This document shows, piece after piece, positions 50,080 through 63,711 of a stretch of DNA of 64,000 nucleotides. Within the stretch, counting starts at the first letter, position 1, and each line of letters starts with the position of its first letter. The position numbers and the translations under genes are program-made. The DNA comes from Leucoraja ocellata. Taxonomy: Eukaryota. The DNA lies in the NCBI GenBank assembly GCA_036785375.1, contig JAWMAR010000311.1, positions 1 through 64,000 of the forward strand, given 5' to 3'. A model generated the notes under the pieces. The model ran no database searches and was not told the DNA's origin. It was given only the letters and a program-made list of their open reading frames with translations.

Positions 50080-50550
50080 GGCTTACGTGAATGATCCCAG
50101 GAATGATAGGGTTAACGTATGATGAGCGTTTGGCGGCACTGGGCCTGCACTCATCAGAGTTTAGAAGGTGTAGGGGAGGCATCATTGAAACTTACTGAAT
50201 AGTGAAAGGCTTGGGTAAAGTGGATGTGGAGATGATGCTTCCTCTCGTGGGAGTGTGCAGGACCAGAGGCCACAGCCTCAGAATAAAAGAACATGCCTTT
50301 AGAAAGGAGATGAGCAGGAATTTCTTTGGTTAGTTGGTGGTAAATCTGTTGTATTCATTGTCGCCGATGGCTGTGGAGGCCAAGTCAATGGGCATTTTGA
50401 GGCCAGTGATTGACAGGTTATTGATTAGTACGGGTGTCGGGGGCTATGGGGAGAAGGCAGGAGAATAGGTTTGAGAGGGAAACATAGGTCAGTTATGATT
50501 AAATGGCAGAATAGAGTCGATGGGCTGAATAGCCTAATTCCGCTCCTATG
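50080..50550 (+). mobile_element. CR1 LINE 3' fragment
   Basis: MIPGMIGLTYDERLAALGLHSSEFRR...; standard tail. Confidence 0.85.
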
Positions 50551-50714
50551 ATGTGAATTCAAGGCAACCCTTTGGCAGAGGACAAACCAACAGTTATGAC
50601 TTTCAATAAAGAAAAATCACGGGTATTTTAGGTCCCCTGTACAAGTATTAAAATATTCAATTGGTTTGGGAGAGCAAGAGTGTGCCCAACAGATGTCTAT
50701 ACGTTTTAAAAACG

Positions 50715-51875
50715 GGGGTGTTAAATAAGACCGTATTAAAGCAGGAATATTAAAACATGTACGAATGACAATATTAAATAAGACAATATTAAATGCAGCA
50801 GTACTACATAGATCAGTATTAAATGCTTCAATGTTAAATGCAGCAACATTACTGACATTACTATTAAGCAGAGCAATATTAACTGAAGACAGCAATGTTA
50901 AACACAGCAGAACTAAAAAGTGTACTTTTAAAAAAAGCATAATGAATACAGTTTATAATATAAAAAATACATTTATTATCTTATTTAGAAAAGTCTCAAA
51001 TCGACCGCAATCTGTTAATCTAAAAATGTTCATTCTAATTTGTTATATTATGTTTAGTTTGGTGATAAAGTATGGAAACAGGCCCTTCATCCCAACGAGC
51101 CAATGCCGATCACCCATACACCCACCCCAGTTTCGCATCCTACACATAATGGACAATTTTACAGAAGCCAATTAACCTACAAACCTGTTAGTCTTTGAAA
51201 TGTGGGAGGAAACTCGAGCACCCGTAGAAAACCCATGCGAAAACCCACAGGGAGACCGTACCATCTCTGTACAGACAACACCCGTAGTTAGGGTCTCTAG
51301 TGCTGGGATGCAGCAGCTTTACTGCTGTGCCATAATTATTTAATACTGCTACATTATTATAAATATGTTGGTCTGCTATAGCATTAAACTTGACAAAATA
51401 AGTATGGTTGTGTTAAATGCAGCAGAATTAATTGTACTCAATGGATTTGAGTCATAGAGCCACGGACCATGATGTCCCATCTAAGCTCATGCCACCTGTC
51501 CATGTTTGGCCCACATCCTTCGAAACCTGTCCAAATGTATTTTAAATGTTACTAATATTGTCATATTCAAATAGTGCATTTAATGTTGAGCATTTATTCT
51601 GCCTTATTTAACACTATTTGTTCAATATTACCTCATTTAATATCTCAATCTTATGGTGTTAAATAGGGCAGAATAAACGCACAATATTAACTGCAGTAGA
51701 ATATAGTAAATAAAGCAGTATTAAATGTACTAGTATATTGCAGATACATAGTTACATAATGGAGTTAAATGCAGCAGTATTAAATACCTCTCGAATTGCA
51801 TTAACTTTAATATGACAATATTGCAAAAAAGAAAATCTTGAAAACCAACTGCAATCTGTTCATCTAAAATTGTTT
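50715..51875. repeat. Degenerate ~15-bp AT-rich array (gcagcagtattaaat-like) in both orientations, interrupted by a SINE (51052-51332) and a CR1 tail
   Basis: Recurrent (a/g)(a/g)tattaaat / tgttaaatgcagca units; inverted pair 51591-51615 / 51656-51679. Confidence 0.7.
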
Positions 51876-52655
51876 AGGCAGGGTGTTGCAAACAGGCTCT
51901 GTGGTGAATATTTAATGAGGCAACATTCCAGAAATTAATTCATATCATGGCCCAGAAATGTTGATGAAGGCTCACGTGTAATTGACTCCTGAAAAATAGG
52001 ATGGAGCCTCTCACTGAAGGGATTGAATGCGCCGTTATGGAAATTCATGGTTGATGTATTTTCCTGTACTCTCCTTAATGTGAACAGATTGTGTTCAAGG
52101 GAGTTCCCAGACCACCCCTTAATTTCCCTTGGTAGTACCTCCATAGAACTCTTGCCAACTGACTGGTGTTCTTTGAAAGACCACTTTCTAAGGAACTGAT
52201 CTTGCTTTAATCTATCTTTGATTACAGTTGGGAAAGACTTTTCTCAATCTCTGGCTGAGTGTCACAAGTGTAAGATGGCTCTCAGCCTTTATAAGTGCCA
52301 TCACTGGCACAAACTACCAGTACTTATTTAGATTACGGAGCTAGTACCTTCATGGGTGATGTTGGTAGTTTTGTTTTGTGGTATCGAGTGCACTTAAAGG
52401 CTTAACATAACATTGAGGAAAACCATGAGTACTCCATGATGACCTGCCAGATATGTATTCCTTTTTACGGGACCAGTTGATTGATTAATTAAAAGGCACA
52501 GCTTGGAAGCAGGCCCTTCAGCCCAACAGGCCGAAGGCATTCGCATTAGTTCTATGTTCTCCCGCTTTCACATCCACTCCCTACACATTAGTGACAATTT
52601 ATAGAGGCCAATTAACTTACAAACCTAGATGTCTTCAGAATCTGATGATGATATT

Positions 52656-52885
52656 GAGGCACAAAGTGCTTGATTAACATAGCGGGTCAGACAGCACCTC
52701 TGGAGAACATGGGCAGGGCATGTTTCAGAAAGGGACCCTTCTTAAGGCAGGGTCCCGATTTCTGAAGAAGGGTCCCGACCCAAAACGTCACCTGTTTACG
52801 TTCTCCAGAGAAGCTGCCTGATCCACTGAGTTACTCCAGCACTTTGCATCTTTTTTTTGTAAGCTGACATCTGCAGTTCCTTGTG
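52656..52885. mobile_element. Fold-back Penelope terminal-repeat unit
   Basis: Minus copy, then ctgaagaagggtcccgacccaaaacgtc at 52762 and the plus-strand tail. Confidence 0.8.
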
Positions 52886-53278
52886 GGTACTCCCTGATGA
52901 TATTAAGGGACTGGTTGAGCTCCCACCATTACAGCAAGGCAAAGTAAACACAATTCATTAAATAAATCTTGCTTTTAAAAAGTCAATGATGGTGACCAAG
53001 CAGTTATGGATTGTTGTTCAAACCTTTTTGATTCCCAAGGGTCCTTTAAGTGATGGAAAGCTTCCGAACTCAATTTTTATGTTATTCCAAATACATAGAA
53101 ATGATTACTGACACAAAGTGCTGGAGTAACTCAGCAGGTCTGGCAGCATCTCTGGAGAACATGGATAGGTGACGTTTTGGGTCGGGACACTTTGTCAGAT
53201 CAGTTGATTAAATACATTTGGAATAGGTTCATATGTCATAGGAGCAGAATTAGGCTATTCAGCCCATGCATTCTCATG

Positions 53279-53641
53279 AAACAAAAGATTATTAAGGGTT
53301 TGGACATGCTAGAGGCAGGAAACATGTTCCCGATGTTGGGGGAGTCCAGAACCAGGGGCCACAGTTTAAGAATAAGGGGTAAGCCATTTAGAACGGAGAC
53401 GAGGAAACACTTTTTCTCACAGAGAGTTGTGAGTCTGGAATTCCCTGCCTTGGATGGCAGTGGAGGCCGATTCTCTGGATACTTTCAAGAGAGAGCTAGA
53501 TAGGGCTCTTAAAGATAGCGGAGTCGGGGGATATGGGGAGAAGGCAGGGGTACTGATTAGGGATGATCAGCCATGATCACATTGAATGGCGGTGCTGGCT
53601 TGAAGGGCCGAATGGCCTACTCCTGCACCTATTGTCTATTG
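53279..53641 (+). mobile_element. CR1 LINE 3' fragment
   Basis: [38 protein letters not shown]; ctattgtctatt tail. Confidence 0.9.
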
Positions 53642-54817
53642 AATCTACACCGCCAAGTATTTCTGCAGTATCTCTGCTTTGTCTACACTACCTGTTGCTC
53701 CACCTAAGCCAATTGACCTACAAACCCGTACGTCTTTGGAGTATGGAAGGAAAATGGAGCACCCACACATTCACAGGGAGAACGTACGAACTCCGTACAG
53801 AAGGCACCCGTGGTCGGGATTGAATCCGGGTCTCTGGCACTGTAAGGCAGCAACTCTACTGCTGCGCCACCGTGCCACCCCCTCTGGAATTGCTTTGTAA
53901 GCAACTTGGTTCAAATGCAACAAATACTGGTCTCATCAAAGACGCCCATATCCTGTGAAGATATTAAAATAAAATAACGGGCATCTTTTCCTCGGCACTC
54001 CTATCGTCTTTTAATCTTTTAATCCTCGGTGAGGTTCTACACAGTAGAACCATAGCCGCCGACACCTGGTTTAAAAAATATATAATAGAGGAAAGTCCCC
54101 TTTAATATTCTGAATTAACAATCCTTTTGATCCCTCTATGCGCTGAGCAATTTGTCTGCATAAGAAATTAGAGGTTATGAATAATTTAAATCCCAGTTAC
54201 CGAGTGAGTCTAATAATCATGTGTCCCATTGCGCTCAAAATGCATTTTGTTACATGCATTGTCGGAGAGACTGCTTGTGCCTCTGTGGCAACTCCGTTAT
54301 TACGGTGTGAATTGTGGTTTTAATTTGCTATCGTATTTGAAAGAACATCCAATTACATCTAACAAAAAGCTTTTAAAATTATGCTCTTTACAGTAAATTC
54401 TTATTTGAAGAACATCTCAGCATTGCTGCCGCTGATTAAATATATTGCTATTCACTGCGCTTCGCTCCTTCACTCCCAACCTGGGCCCGAGTCTCCATCT
54501 TTTAAAACGTCGATAGCTGGCCAATTTCCTCCTGCCTCATTTGCTCACGAGCCTCGGCTTGGCTCCCAACACAGGATGGTCCTAATATTAAGATGGACAA
54601 CAAGAATGTGACCTTCATTGAGCCATTTATCCAACCAATTTGCCCAAATCTATCATGCTACCCTGATCAGCAGCTTGTCTTATCAGATGCACTGCTGAAC
54701 TAACCTTGGAGTGTAATATTGGTTTCAACTGGACGGATGGAATTGTGCCGTTTTTTTGGCAGCACACAATTCAGTGGGAACGTTCCATTGGGATACTTAC
54801 CACCTTTACTTTAGACT

Positions 54818-55026
54818 TAATAATAATAATAATAATAATCTTATTTATATAGCACATTTTTAGTCAACTTGCATTGACCCCAAAGTGCTTCACATAATTA
54901 CATTACATTTACACACAGGCAAAGGTGGGTGAAGTGTCTTGCCCCAAGGACACAACGACAGTATGCACTCCAAGCGGGATTCGAACCAGCTACCTTCCGG
55001 TCGCCAGCCGAACACTTAGCCCATTG
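54818..55026 (-). mobile_element. Different tRNA-derived SINE with (TTA)n L2-type tail, nested in an HE1-type SINE tail
   Basis: Minus-strand B box ggttcgaatccc (54976-54987), core gtgtccttggggcaagacacttcacc, tail gtgctatataaataagattattatta. Confidence 0.85.
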
Positions 55027-58000
55027 ACAGATACAGCGCGGAAACGTGCCTTTTGGCCCACCGAGTCCACGCTGACCAGAAATCACCACATACGCTAGCA
55101 CTATCCTACACATTAGGGCCAATTTAAAATTTTTACTGAAGCCAATTAACCTACAAACCTGTACGTCTTTGGAGTGTGGGAGTAAACTGGAACACCTGGA
55201 GAAAACCCACGCAGTCACAGGGAGAACATACAAAACTCCATACGGACAGCACCCATAGTCAGGATCAAACCAGGGTCTCTGGGGCTGCAAGGCATCAACT
55301 CTACCACTGTGCCAGTGTGCTGCCTCTATTTATAACTATCTGCACAATTGACTCTATTTTGATTAACCTTTGCATTAGCTTTTATTTTTCACACAAACAT
55401 TTTTAATATGGATACAGAGATTTGGTTGGTGGAATACTCACTGGGTATTTTTAAAGGGAAAATTGGCATGTTTTGGATTAGGAAGGGTGTCAAAGGTTAG
55501 AGGGAACAGGCAGGAGAATGGGGTTGAGAGGGAAAGATAGATTGGCCATTATTGAATGGCAGAGTAGACTCGATGGGCCTAAAGGTATAATTCTGCTCCT
55601 ATGACTTATGAACTCATTGAATAGGTAGTGGACCTGGATAGGACAGATAGAGGTACCTAAAGCTAGAGGGTGTAGGCTTCAAATAAGGAGTAAGAAATTT
55701 CGAGGGAATCAAAGCAAGAACCTTTTCACAAATCTGGAACCCAGTGCTTGAGTGGATAGTGGAGACATTTAAGAAGATTCAAACATAGCTTCTTGTTTCC
55801 TGCTATTATCAGACTCTTGAATGGACCCAAGGACACATTCCCGACTCCCCAGTCTACCTCGGTGCAGCATTGCACTTTTTAAAATCTGCACTTTCCCTGT
55901 AGTTGTAACAATATTTATGTTTGTAGGTTAATTGGCCACCATAAAATTGACACAGAAAGTATAGGGAGTGGATGTTAAAGTGGATAACGTTGAACAAGTG
56001 TGAATGGGTATTTGATGGTCGGCATGGACTAACTGGGCCGAAGGGCCTGTTCCAATGCTGTATCTCTAAACTAAACTAATATATTTTGCAGTCAGTTTCC
56101 ATTCTCTTTGCACTACGTGTTGTCCTTGTGTATGTTTTGATTGCAATTGTGTATCTGTGTATTTTTACTTGGATGGCATGCAAAACAAAGTTTTTCCAGT
56201 GTATCTCAGTTCATAAAACAATGATTCAAACAATAAACCAAAACTAAGTATCTGCATGAGCACTTGAATTGCCGATGCTGAGCAGGCTACGGACTAAGGT
56301 TCTGGGGAATGGGATCAGTATAAATAGGCACCTGATGGTTAGTGTGGACGTGTGATTGGAGAGGCAAGCTTCTGTCCTTCAGACTTTAGAGATTTAACCT
56401 TTAGAGATACAGCACAGAAACAAACCCTTTGGCCCACCGAGTCCATGCCGACCAGCGGTCGTCCCGTACACCAACACTATCCTCCTACACACTAGGGACA
56501 ATTTACAATTTTACCGAAGCCAATTAACCTACAAACCTGTACGTCATTGGAGTGTGGGAGGAAACCAGAGCACCCGGAGAAATCCCACCCGGTCGGTCGC
56601 TGTGAGAACGTGCAAACTCCGTACAGATAGCACTGTAAACTGTCCTGTATGACTCCATGGCTATTATCTGTATGCCAGCATGTGAAAAGGGAAAGGAATG
56701 GTTAAGTATTGCATTGGGACCTTGGGGGAGGAACTTTATCACAGTCGTGTCAATTTTCTGGGCCTACTGACAGGCAAACATTTTCCAATCTGTACTGAGG
56801 GTTTGCTAGATGCCAGACTCGGAGCAGGTGTTAGGTGTGTAGCTGCAAATCCAAAACCTGATGCCAGTTCTGGGACTCAATCATAATGAAACTGATGTCA
56901 TAGACCTTCCAAAGATAAACACAAAATGCTGGAGTAATTATATGGGCAGGCAGCATTTTTTAGAGAAAATGGATAGGTAACATCTCGGGTTGGAAACCCT
57001 TCCATAGATTTTCCATTTTGTTCAAGATAGACACTAAAAGCTGTCTTTTTAAAAGCTGGAGTAACTTAGCGGGCCAGGCAGCATCTCTGGAGAGAAGGAA
57101 TGGGTGACTTTTCGGGTCTAGACCCTTCTTTATTTTAGTTTAGAGATACAGCACGGAAACAGGGCCTTCAGTCCACTGAGTCCGCGCTGACCAATGATCC
57201 CTACACACTAACAATATCTTACACTATCCAAAATACTGCGGACAATTTACAATTTTGCCTAGCCAATTAGCCTACATACCTGTACGTCTTTGGACTGTGG
57301 GAGGAAACCGGAGCACCTGGTGAAGGGCCACACAGGTCACAGGGAGAACGTGCAAACTCTGTATAGACAGCACCTGTAGTCAGGATTGAACCCGGATCAC
57401 TGGTGTTGTAAGGCAGCAGCTCTACTGCTGCACCACCATGTTATCAGGTTCAATGCTAAATTGTCCAGTGCTGTGTAAAGGAGGTAATTGAGGCCCTGAT
57501 TTTATCAGGCAATTATCCAGAGATGCTTCTGTATTGGGCCGAAAACCCATCGTTTTTTTTATGTTAATGGTTTCTTAGTTGATTGCCGTTGTGTTGCTAT
57601 TTGTGTGCCTACCATCAAATCTGAGTAATCGTCTATAGGTAGGATTCTTACTGCATTTGCGCGCATCCAGCGACAGAAGATAATGTAGTGACATTGTCCT
57701 TGGACATGTTTAGCCAGGGGTAGTGGGAGGGGTGAGGGTGGCATTTGGTATGTTATTGCCTTGTTAAGGACATTGATCTTTGGTGACAGTGGGAAGAGAA
57801 GACATCAAATCATGGAGAGTATTGCATAGAAAAAGGCCACAGGCTGAATGGCTACTTTTATGGAACAATAAAATTGGTTTAATTCCCTGACTCTGTCTTA
57901 CATCCCTTACATTTTTTTAATTTAAATTATCTATCCAATTATCTTTTAAAAGGTCTCAAAGTGCTGGGGTAACTCAGCAGGCTGGGCAGCACCTCTGGAG

Positions 58001-58272
58001 AACGTGGATAGATGATTTTGGGTAGAGACCCTTCGGCAGCTCGTTCCATATGGCCACCACACTCTGAGTGAAAAGGTTGCCCCTCGGGTTCTTGTTAAAT
58101 CTTAGTGTAGAAACGGGGACCTGCAGATGCGGGTTAACAGACAAAAGGATGCAAAGTGCTGGAGTCACTTAGCAGATCAGACAGCAGCTCTGGGGAACAT
58201 GGATAAATGAATTGACGCAATGGTGACATAATTCTTCCTCCAAGATCCCAGTCGAACATTTAACCATCTCTT

Positions 58273-58307
58273 TCGCTGAAGAAAGGTCTCGACCCGAAAC
58301 GTCACCT
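58273..58307 (+). ncRNA. Minimal hammerhead ribozyme motif
   Basis: CUGAAGA-AAGGUC(UC)GACCC-GAAA-CG-UC at 58276-58303. Confidence 0.5.
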
Positions 58308-59596
58308 ATCCATGTTCTCAGTATTTCTGCAGATAATACTTTGTTGATGCCTTTCTCAATATCGTCTATGCTTGGAATTTCAATGTTCTGGTTTGGATTT
58401 TGCTTATCCATTAGATCAGTATCGGCGCCATTTTGATGCATTGAAAGGGTTCTCGGGTGAACAGTTGGAATTGTAATGGGATGTATGCTCTTTTGGCAAA
58501 GTCAACACTTATTGCCCCATCCTTGAATGCTCTTGAGATAATCATTTGTTTACTAATCCATCTCAGGGAGCAATAACAAGTCTGCTATGGGTTTGAGATT
58601 CAATAGTGGCCAGAATGGATCAGGAAATTAATGTTTATTTGGAAAGAAGGAGAATAATGAATCTATATCAGATAGTTTTTATAAACAGCAATATGTTGGA
58701 TACTGCAGATGCTCTTTTACAAAAACAAGTGCTGTGCTGGAGTAACTCAGCGAGTCAGGCAGCATCTCTTGAAAAACATGCATAGGCGTGATTTGGGTGG
58801 AGACCCTTCAGACTTCATTTGAGAAGCTTGGCAATGCATTTCATTGTCACATGTATCTTGATATAGTGAAATTATTTTACATACAATTTAATACAATCTT
58901 CATTGCATAGTGAAAATCATACCAAGTACAAGACCATATAATTAGTAGATTACACTGAGGCGCATTTCTGGCACCACTTTGTATCCTTCAATTGGCATGA
59001 TTAACGAGTTAGGTAGATTTTTGGTCAATAGAAGAATCAGAAGGTTAGGCAGAAAACTGTTTGAGGGAAAGATCAGATCAGCCTTGATCTTTCTGAATGG
59101 CGATGTAGGTCATGAGGTATGTTGGCCTATTTTTAATTTAGTTTAGAGATACAGTGTGGAAACCTGGCCCACCAAGTCCTCACTGACCAACGATCACCCG
59201 CACCCTATCCTACACACTCGGGGCAACTTACAGAAGCCAATTAATTTACAGACCTGCAAATCTTTGGAACGTGAGAGGAAACCAGAGCACCTGGAGAAAC
59301 CCCACGCGGTCATGGGGAGAGCGTACAAACGCCGTGCAGACAGCACCCATTGTCAGGATTAAACCTGGATCATTGGCGCTGTAAGATAGCAACATTACCA
59401 CTGCACCATTGTGTTGCCCTTGCCTTTATTTCTTGTGCACTCATGCTGTTATGAATGTCTCTGACCAACTGTGATATAGAAAGTGCTAGAAATGGGATTG
59501 GTCATTTTTAGCTGGTAAATTCACTATGACAATTACATTCTGTGCTGCGTACGTATAAGATGATAAATGCAAGGAATCTCCATTTGGATGGGCAGC

Positions 59597-59877
59597 CATA
59601 ACCTCAGAATAAAATGACAAACCTTTAGAAAGGAGATGATGAGGAATTTCTTTTGTCAGAGGTGTATCTGTGTAATTCATTGCCACAGCTGTGGAGGCCA
59701 AGTCGATGCATATTTTTAAGGCGGAGATTGACAGATTCTTGATTAGTTAGGCTATCAGGGGTTATGGGAGGAAGTCGGGAGAATGGGGTTAAAAGGGAAA
59801 GATAGATCAGCAACGATTGAATTGCGGAGAAGACTTGATGGGCTGAATGGCCTAATTCTGCTCTTAGAACTTATGAA
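59597..59877 (+). mobile_element. CR1 LINE 3' fragment
   Basis: cctcagaataaaa...cttatgaac tail. Confidence 0.85.
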
Positions 59878-62399
59878 CCATTAACTCTACAAAAGCTGAG
59901 TTTATTAATTTTCTTTCTGGAAATGAGGAAAATATTCCAAATGCCATCTCAAGTAGCACCTACAGCAGTCAAAGTATTATCTCCATAGAAAAAAACGATA
60001 GCATCAGACTGGGAAGATGTGCCCAAGTACATACTGAATTAAAACAAGAGAGAGCAATGTTTGAGTGTAAAGTAACTCTCATTTGCTATAATGGCCCTCT
60101 AAAAGATAAATTATGACTTAATGGATCACTTGCAGTGAAGGATATTTAAAATGTAGATGGAGTAAAAAGGCAACAGATAAATAATATTTGGGATAATTAA
60201 AATTGACTTCAAGCCTAGTGATAAATAAACATAAACATGTGTTCCCAAAACTAAATTACATTCTAATACTTATTGCTACCATTTGTCAGCGTTATAATGT
60301 ACCCTGAAGCATTAATACAATTAAAACATTGCTAATATATTTGAAAAGATCTGAGATTTTCTGGAGATTACCCAAATGCGGAGTAACTCAGTGGGCTAGG
60401 CGGCATCTGTGGAGGGAAATGGACAGATAATGTTTTGAGTTGGGATTTTTCATCAGACTGATATACCAATGGGGAGGTCTAATGTGTATATATAAAATAA
60501 AATGCATATGTATTTCCTTCTGCAGAGCAAGATATTCAAGTGATTTAAAGTCAATTAATAACATTTGGGGGAGTGAAGATAGGTGTTTAGCAAATGGTTG
60601 CTACAAACATAAATGGTCCAGGAATAATGAAGGTGATGGTGGCTCAGTTAAATATTTTTATCAACGTTGAATAACGTTTAACATTTAAACTTTAGAGATA
60701 CAGTGTGGAAACAGACCCTTCAGCCTACCGAATCTGCACCGGCCAGCGATCGCCCCGTACACTAGTACTTTTCTACACACTAGGGACAATTTACAATCTA
60801 CATGAGCCACTTAACATACAAACCCGCATGTCGTTGGAGTGAGAGAGGAAACCGGAGCACTCGGAACAAGTCCAGGTGGTCATGGGAAGAAAGTACAAAC
60901 TCCGTACAGACAGCACCCGTGGTCAGGATCTAACTGGGGTCTCTGGCGCTGTGAGCAGTACCGTTGTGGCACTGGGCCGCCCTAAGACCCTTCTTCAGAC
61001 AATTATATGATGGTCCACAACTGCTTAGCCTCAAAATGCTCATTTAACCCTCCTTTGAGCGCCTGGGCTGCCAAATCGCACGTCCCTGTGATGCCCAAAT
61101 CTGAATGAAATTGCTCCAACCTTTGTTCAGGCAAGTGCCTCCAAGGTGTGCCAGCTGCATTTTATCTGCAAGGGACAATGTAGGGAAATGAAAGATGCTT
61201 CCAGCAGCCAGAATGTGAACTGAGCAGCAATGGTCATTTTAGAAATTGCAAGGCTTCATAAAGCATTTTGGTCAACTTACAGAAAAGCGATTCCACAAGC
61301 TCTGCTGCCATATGTTTCAGAGTCGCAAGCTTGCGGCTAATTAAGTCCTAGCTGGCTGACAAAGAGGTTTTCAATTACAGCAGCTTTCTACTGAAGTGTA
61401 ATGTGTTTCTTGCTGCTGGATTGGCATCTCTGATCTGGTACAGCGCTGCAAGCCTCTGAAATATTTACGCTCCTTCAGCCCGGTTTCTTTGATCATCCCA
61501 AACTTCATTTGCCCCTCTCACTCTCCCCCGCACATTGCCCACAGCCTTACTATTAACGTCTCTTTTACATGCCAATGAGTTGCTCCAGTTTCAGTAGTGG
61601 GAGCTCTACCCAAAGCGGCTCAGTGGCGCAGCGGTGAAGTTGCTGCCTCACAGCGCCAGAGACTCGGGTTCGATCTTGACTATGGGTGCTATATGAATGG
61701 AGTTTGTACCTTCTCCTGATGACTGCGTGGATTTTCTCCAGGTGCTCCGGTTTGCTCCCAAATTCCAAAGATGTACAGGTTTGCAGGTTAATTGGCTTTG
61801 GTAAAACTAGTAACTTGTCCCTACTGTGTAGGATAGTGCTAGTGCATGGGTGTTTGCTAATCAGCGTGGACTCGGTGGGCTGAAGGGACTGATTCCGCGC
61901 TGTATCTCTAACGTAAAGTCTAAAGCTGTTCCCTTGACAGTAAAGTCAGAGGAGAGAGTTCTACTGCAGAACCAAAGCTATCACTTGGGTCAGCAGCAAC
62001 ATAGCAGAGTGACAGCAAATTTTAGCATTTAATGTCTATCTTTGGCACTCGGAATAACTTGCCAAGCCATTACAGGGGGCAACTGACAATCAGATACTTA
62101 AATAAATCTAAATAGCTGGTTTCAGAAAGCTCACGGTTGGGTATAGGTCAGACCAAGTGGCGGAGGCTGATTTTCTTCCCTATTTGACATTCTGCAAGTT
62201 TCATGATCTTCTCTGATACCAGCTATTTAATGCCAGATTTATTTAATTAGCTGAATTTAAAGTGCTCAACTGCTTTCCTGGGATTTGATCTAGGATTAGT
62301 AGTTTAATCACCGTGTTAATAAACCCTTTATTTGAATGCATGCAAGCATGCCCATGCACATGTGAAAACGCGCACACACATTCAAATAAATTCTTCAAT

Positions 62400-62920
62400 T
62401 CCTTTGCTTCACATTTTGTGTCTTTTCATCTCTGGCCTTTGTCAATTATCTGCCTATCAACCCCCTCCATCCATCCCCCCCCCCCCCCCCCCACCCCACC
62501 TGTATCAACCTATTACATCGGTAGGAAGGAACTACAGATGTTGGTTTATACTGAAGATGGACACAAAGTGCTGGAGCAGCTGTATGTCAGGCAGCATCTC
62601 TGTAGAAATGGAATAGGTGACTTTTGTGGTCGCAATCCTTCTCCAGACTAGATCCTTCTGTCTGAAGAGGGTTCCAACCCGAAATGTCACCTATTCCTTA
62701 TCTACAGAGATGCTGCTTGACCTGCTGTTACTCCAGCACATTGTGTCTATCTCCGACTTATTACATGCCAGGCGCTGTCTTGACCCTCCTATCCTCCAGC
62801 TTTCTTTCCCCTCCCCCCACAATCACTTTGAAAAAGCGTCCTGACCCAAAACGTCATCTGTCCAAGTTCTCCAGAGAAGCTGCCTGAGCTAATGAGTTAC
62901 TCAGGCATTTTGTGTCTTAT
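62400..62920. mobile_element. Penelope UTR containing a fold-back unit; hammerhead core at 62662-62688
   Basis: CUGAAGA-GGGUU(CC)AACCC-GAAA-UG-UC with canonical spacing. Confidence 0.75.
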
Positions 62921-63149
62921 TTTGGCCTAAAACAGAGACAACAAGAGGTTATCTAGCCTGCAGTGGAGCAGCCTTTACTTCCGTGTCACAGTGCGAAACA
63001 CACGTGCAGACTGGCCCATTACTTTAGAAAACACGTCAAGGCAATGGAGAAGGTGGAGAAGAAGATATGAAATTTTAGCAGTGATGTGAATTTAGAAAAC
63101 TGGAATTTTTTAGTATAATGTAATATTTTAGTATATCCAGGATATCTGG

Positions 63150-63320
63150 AGGTGTTCAAATAACATTTGCACTGGGGGAATTCAAATTGTAAAATAAATC
63201 TGGAACGAGAGAGCGAGCATTTGTAATGGTGACCATGAAACCACCAGACTGCTGTAAAAAGCCATCTGTTTCACAAATGACCTTCATTGTTGGATATCTC
63301 CCAATCTGGCCAGTCCCAAG
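63150..63320 (+). mobile_element. Old interspersed repeat (probable SINE core); related copies near 11490-11570, 52905-53065 and 62150-62290 (-)
   Basis: Shared aataaatctgg...aatggtgaccatgaaac motif. Confidence 0.55.
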
Positions 63321-63711
63321 CTCCATAGGTAGTTGTTTCAAACCAGTCAGTTCAGGCCGATTAGAGATGATATTTACACCAAGTGCTGGAGTAACACAGC
63401 GGGCGAGGCAGCATCTCTGTAGAACATGGATGGGTGACGTTTCAGGTCGGGACCCTTCTTCACAGGTCTGAGTCTGAAATGCCACCTATCCTTGTTCTGC
63501 AGAGATTCTGCTTGATCCACTGAGTGTCATTTGGTGTCTTTTTTTTGTAAACCAGAATATGCAGTTCCACACATCTAGAGATGATCTTGCTGGGACCTCC
63601 ACATCCAGTGAACAGATTAATGGAAAACACCTTTGTATTTCCCACTCAAACATTGGTGATGCTTCAGTGATGTACATTAGGATGTTTGTAAATGTGTTAC
63701 ATAAATATAAC

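Larger units (their letters stand above)
53705..61925. mobile_element. Further HE1/V-type SINEs: - 53705-53880, - 54805-55325 (split), + 55917-56080, - 56380-56635, - 57132-57440, - 59135-59420, - 60685-60983, + 61615-61925
   Basis: Shared head/core/tail; approximate boundaries. Confidence 0.85.
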
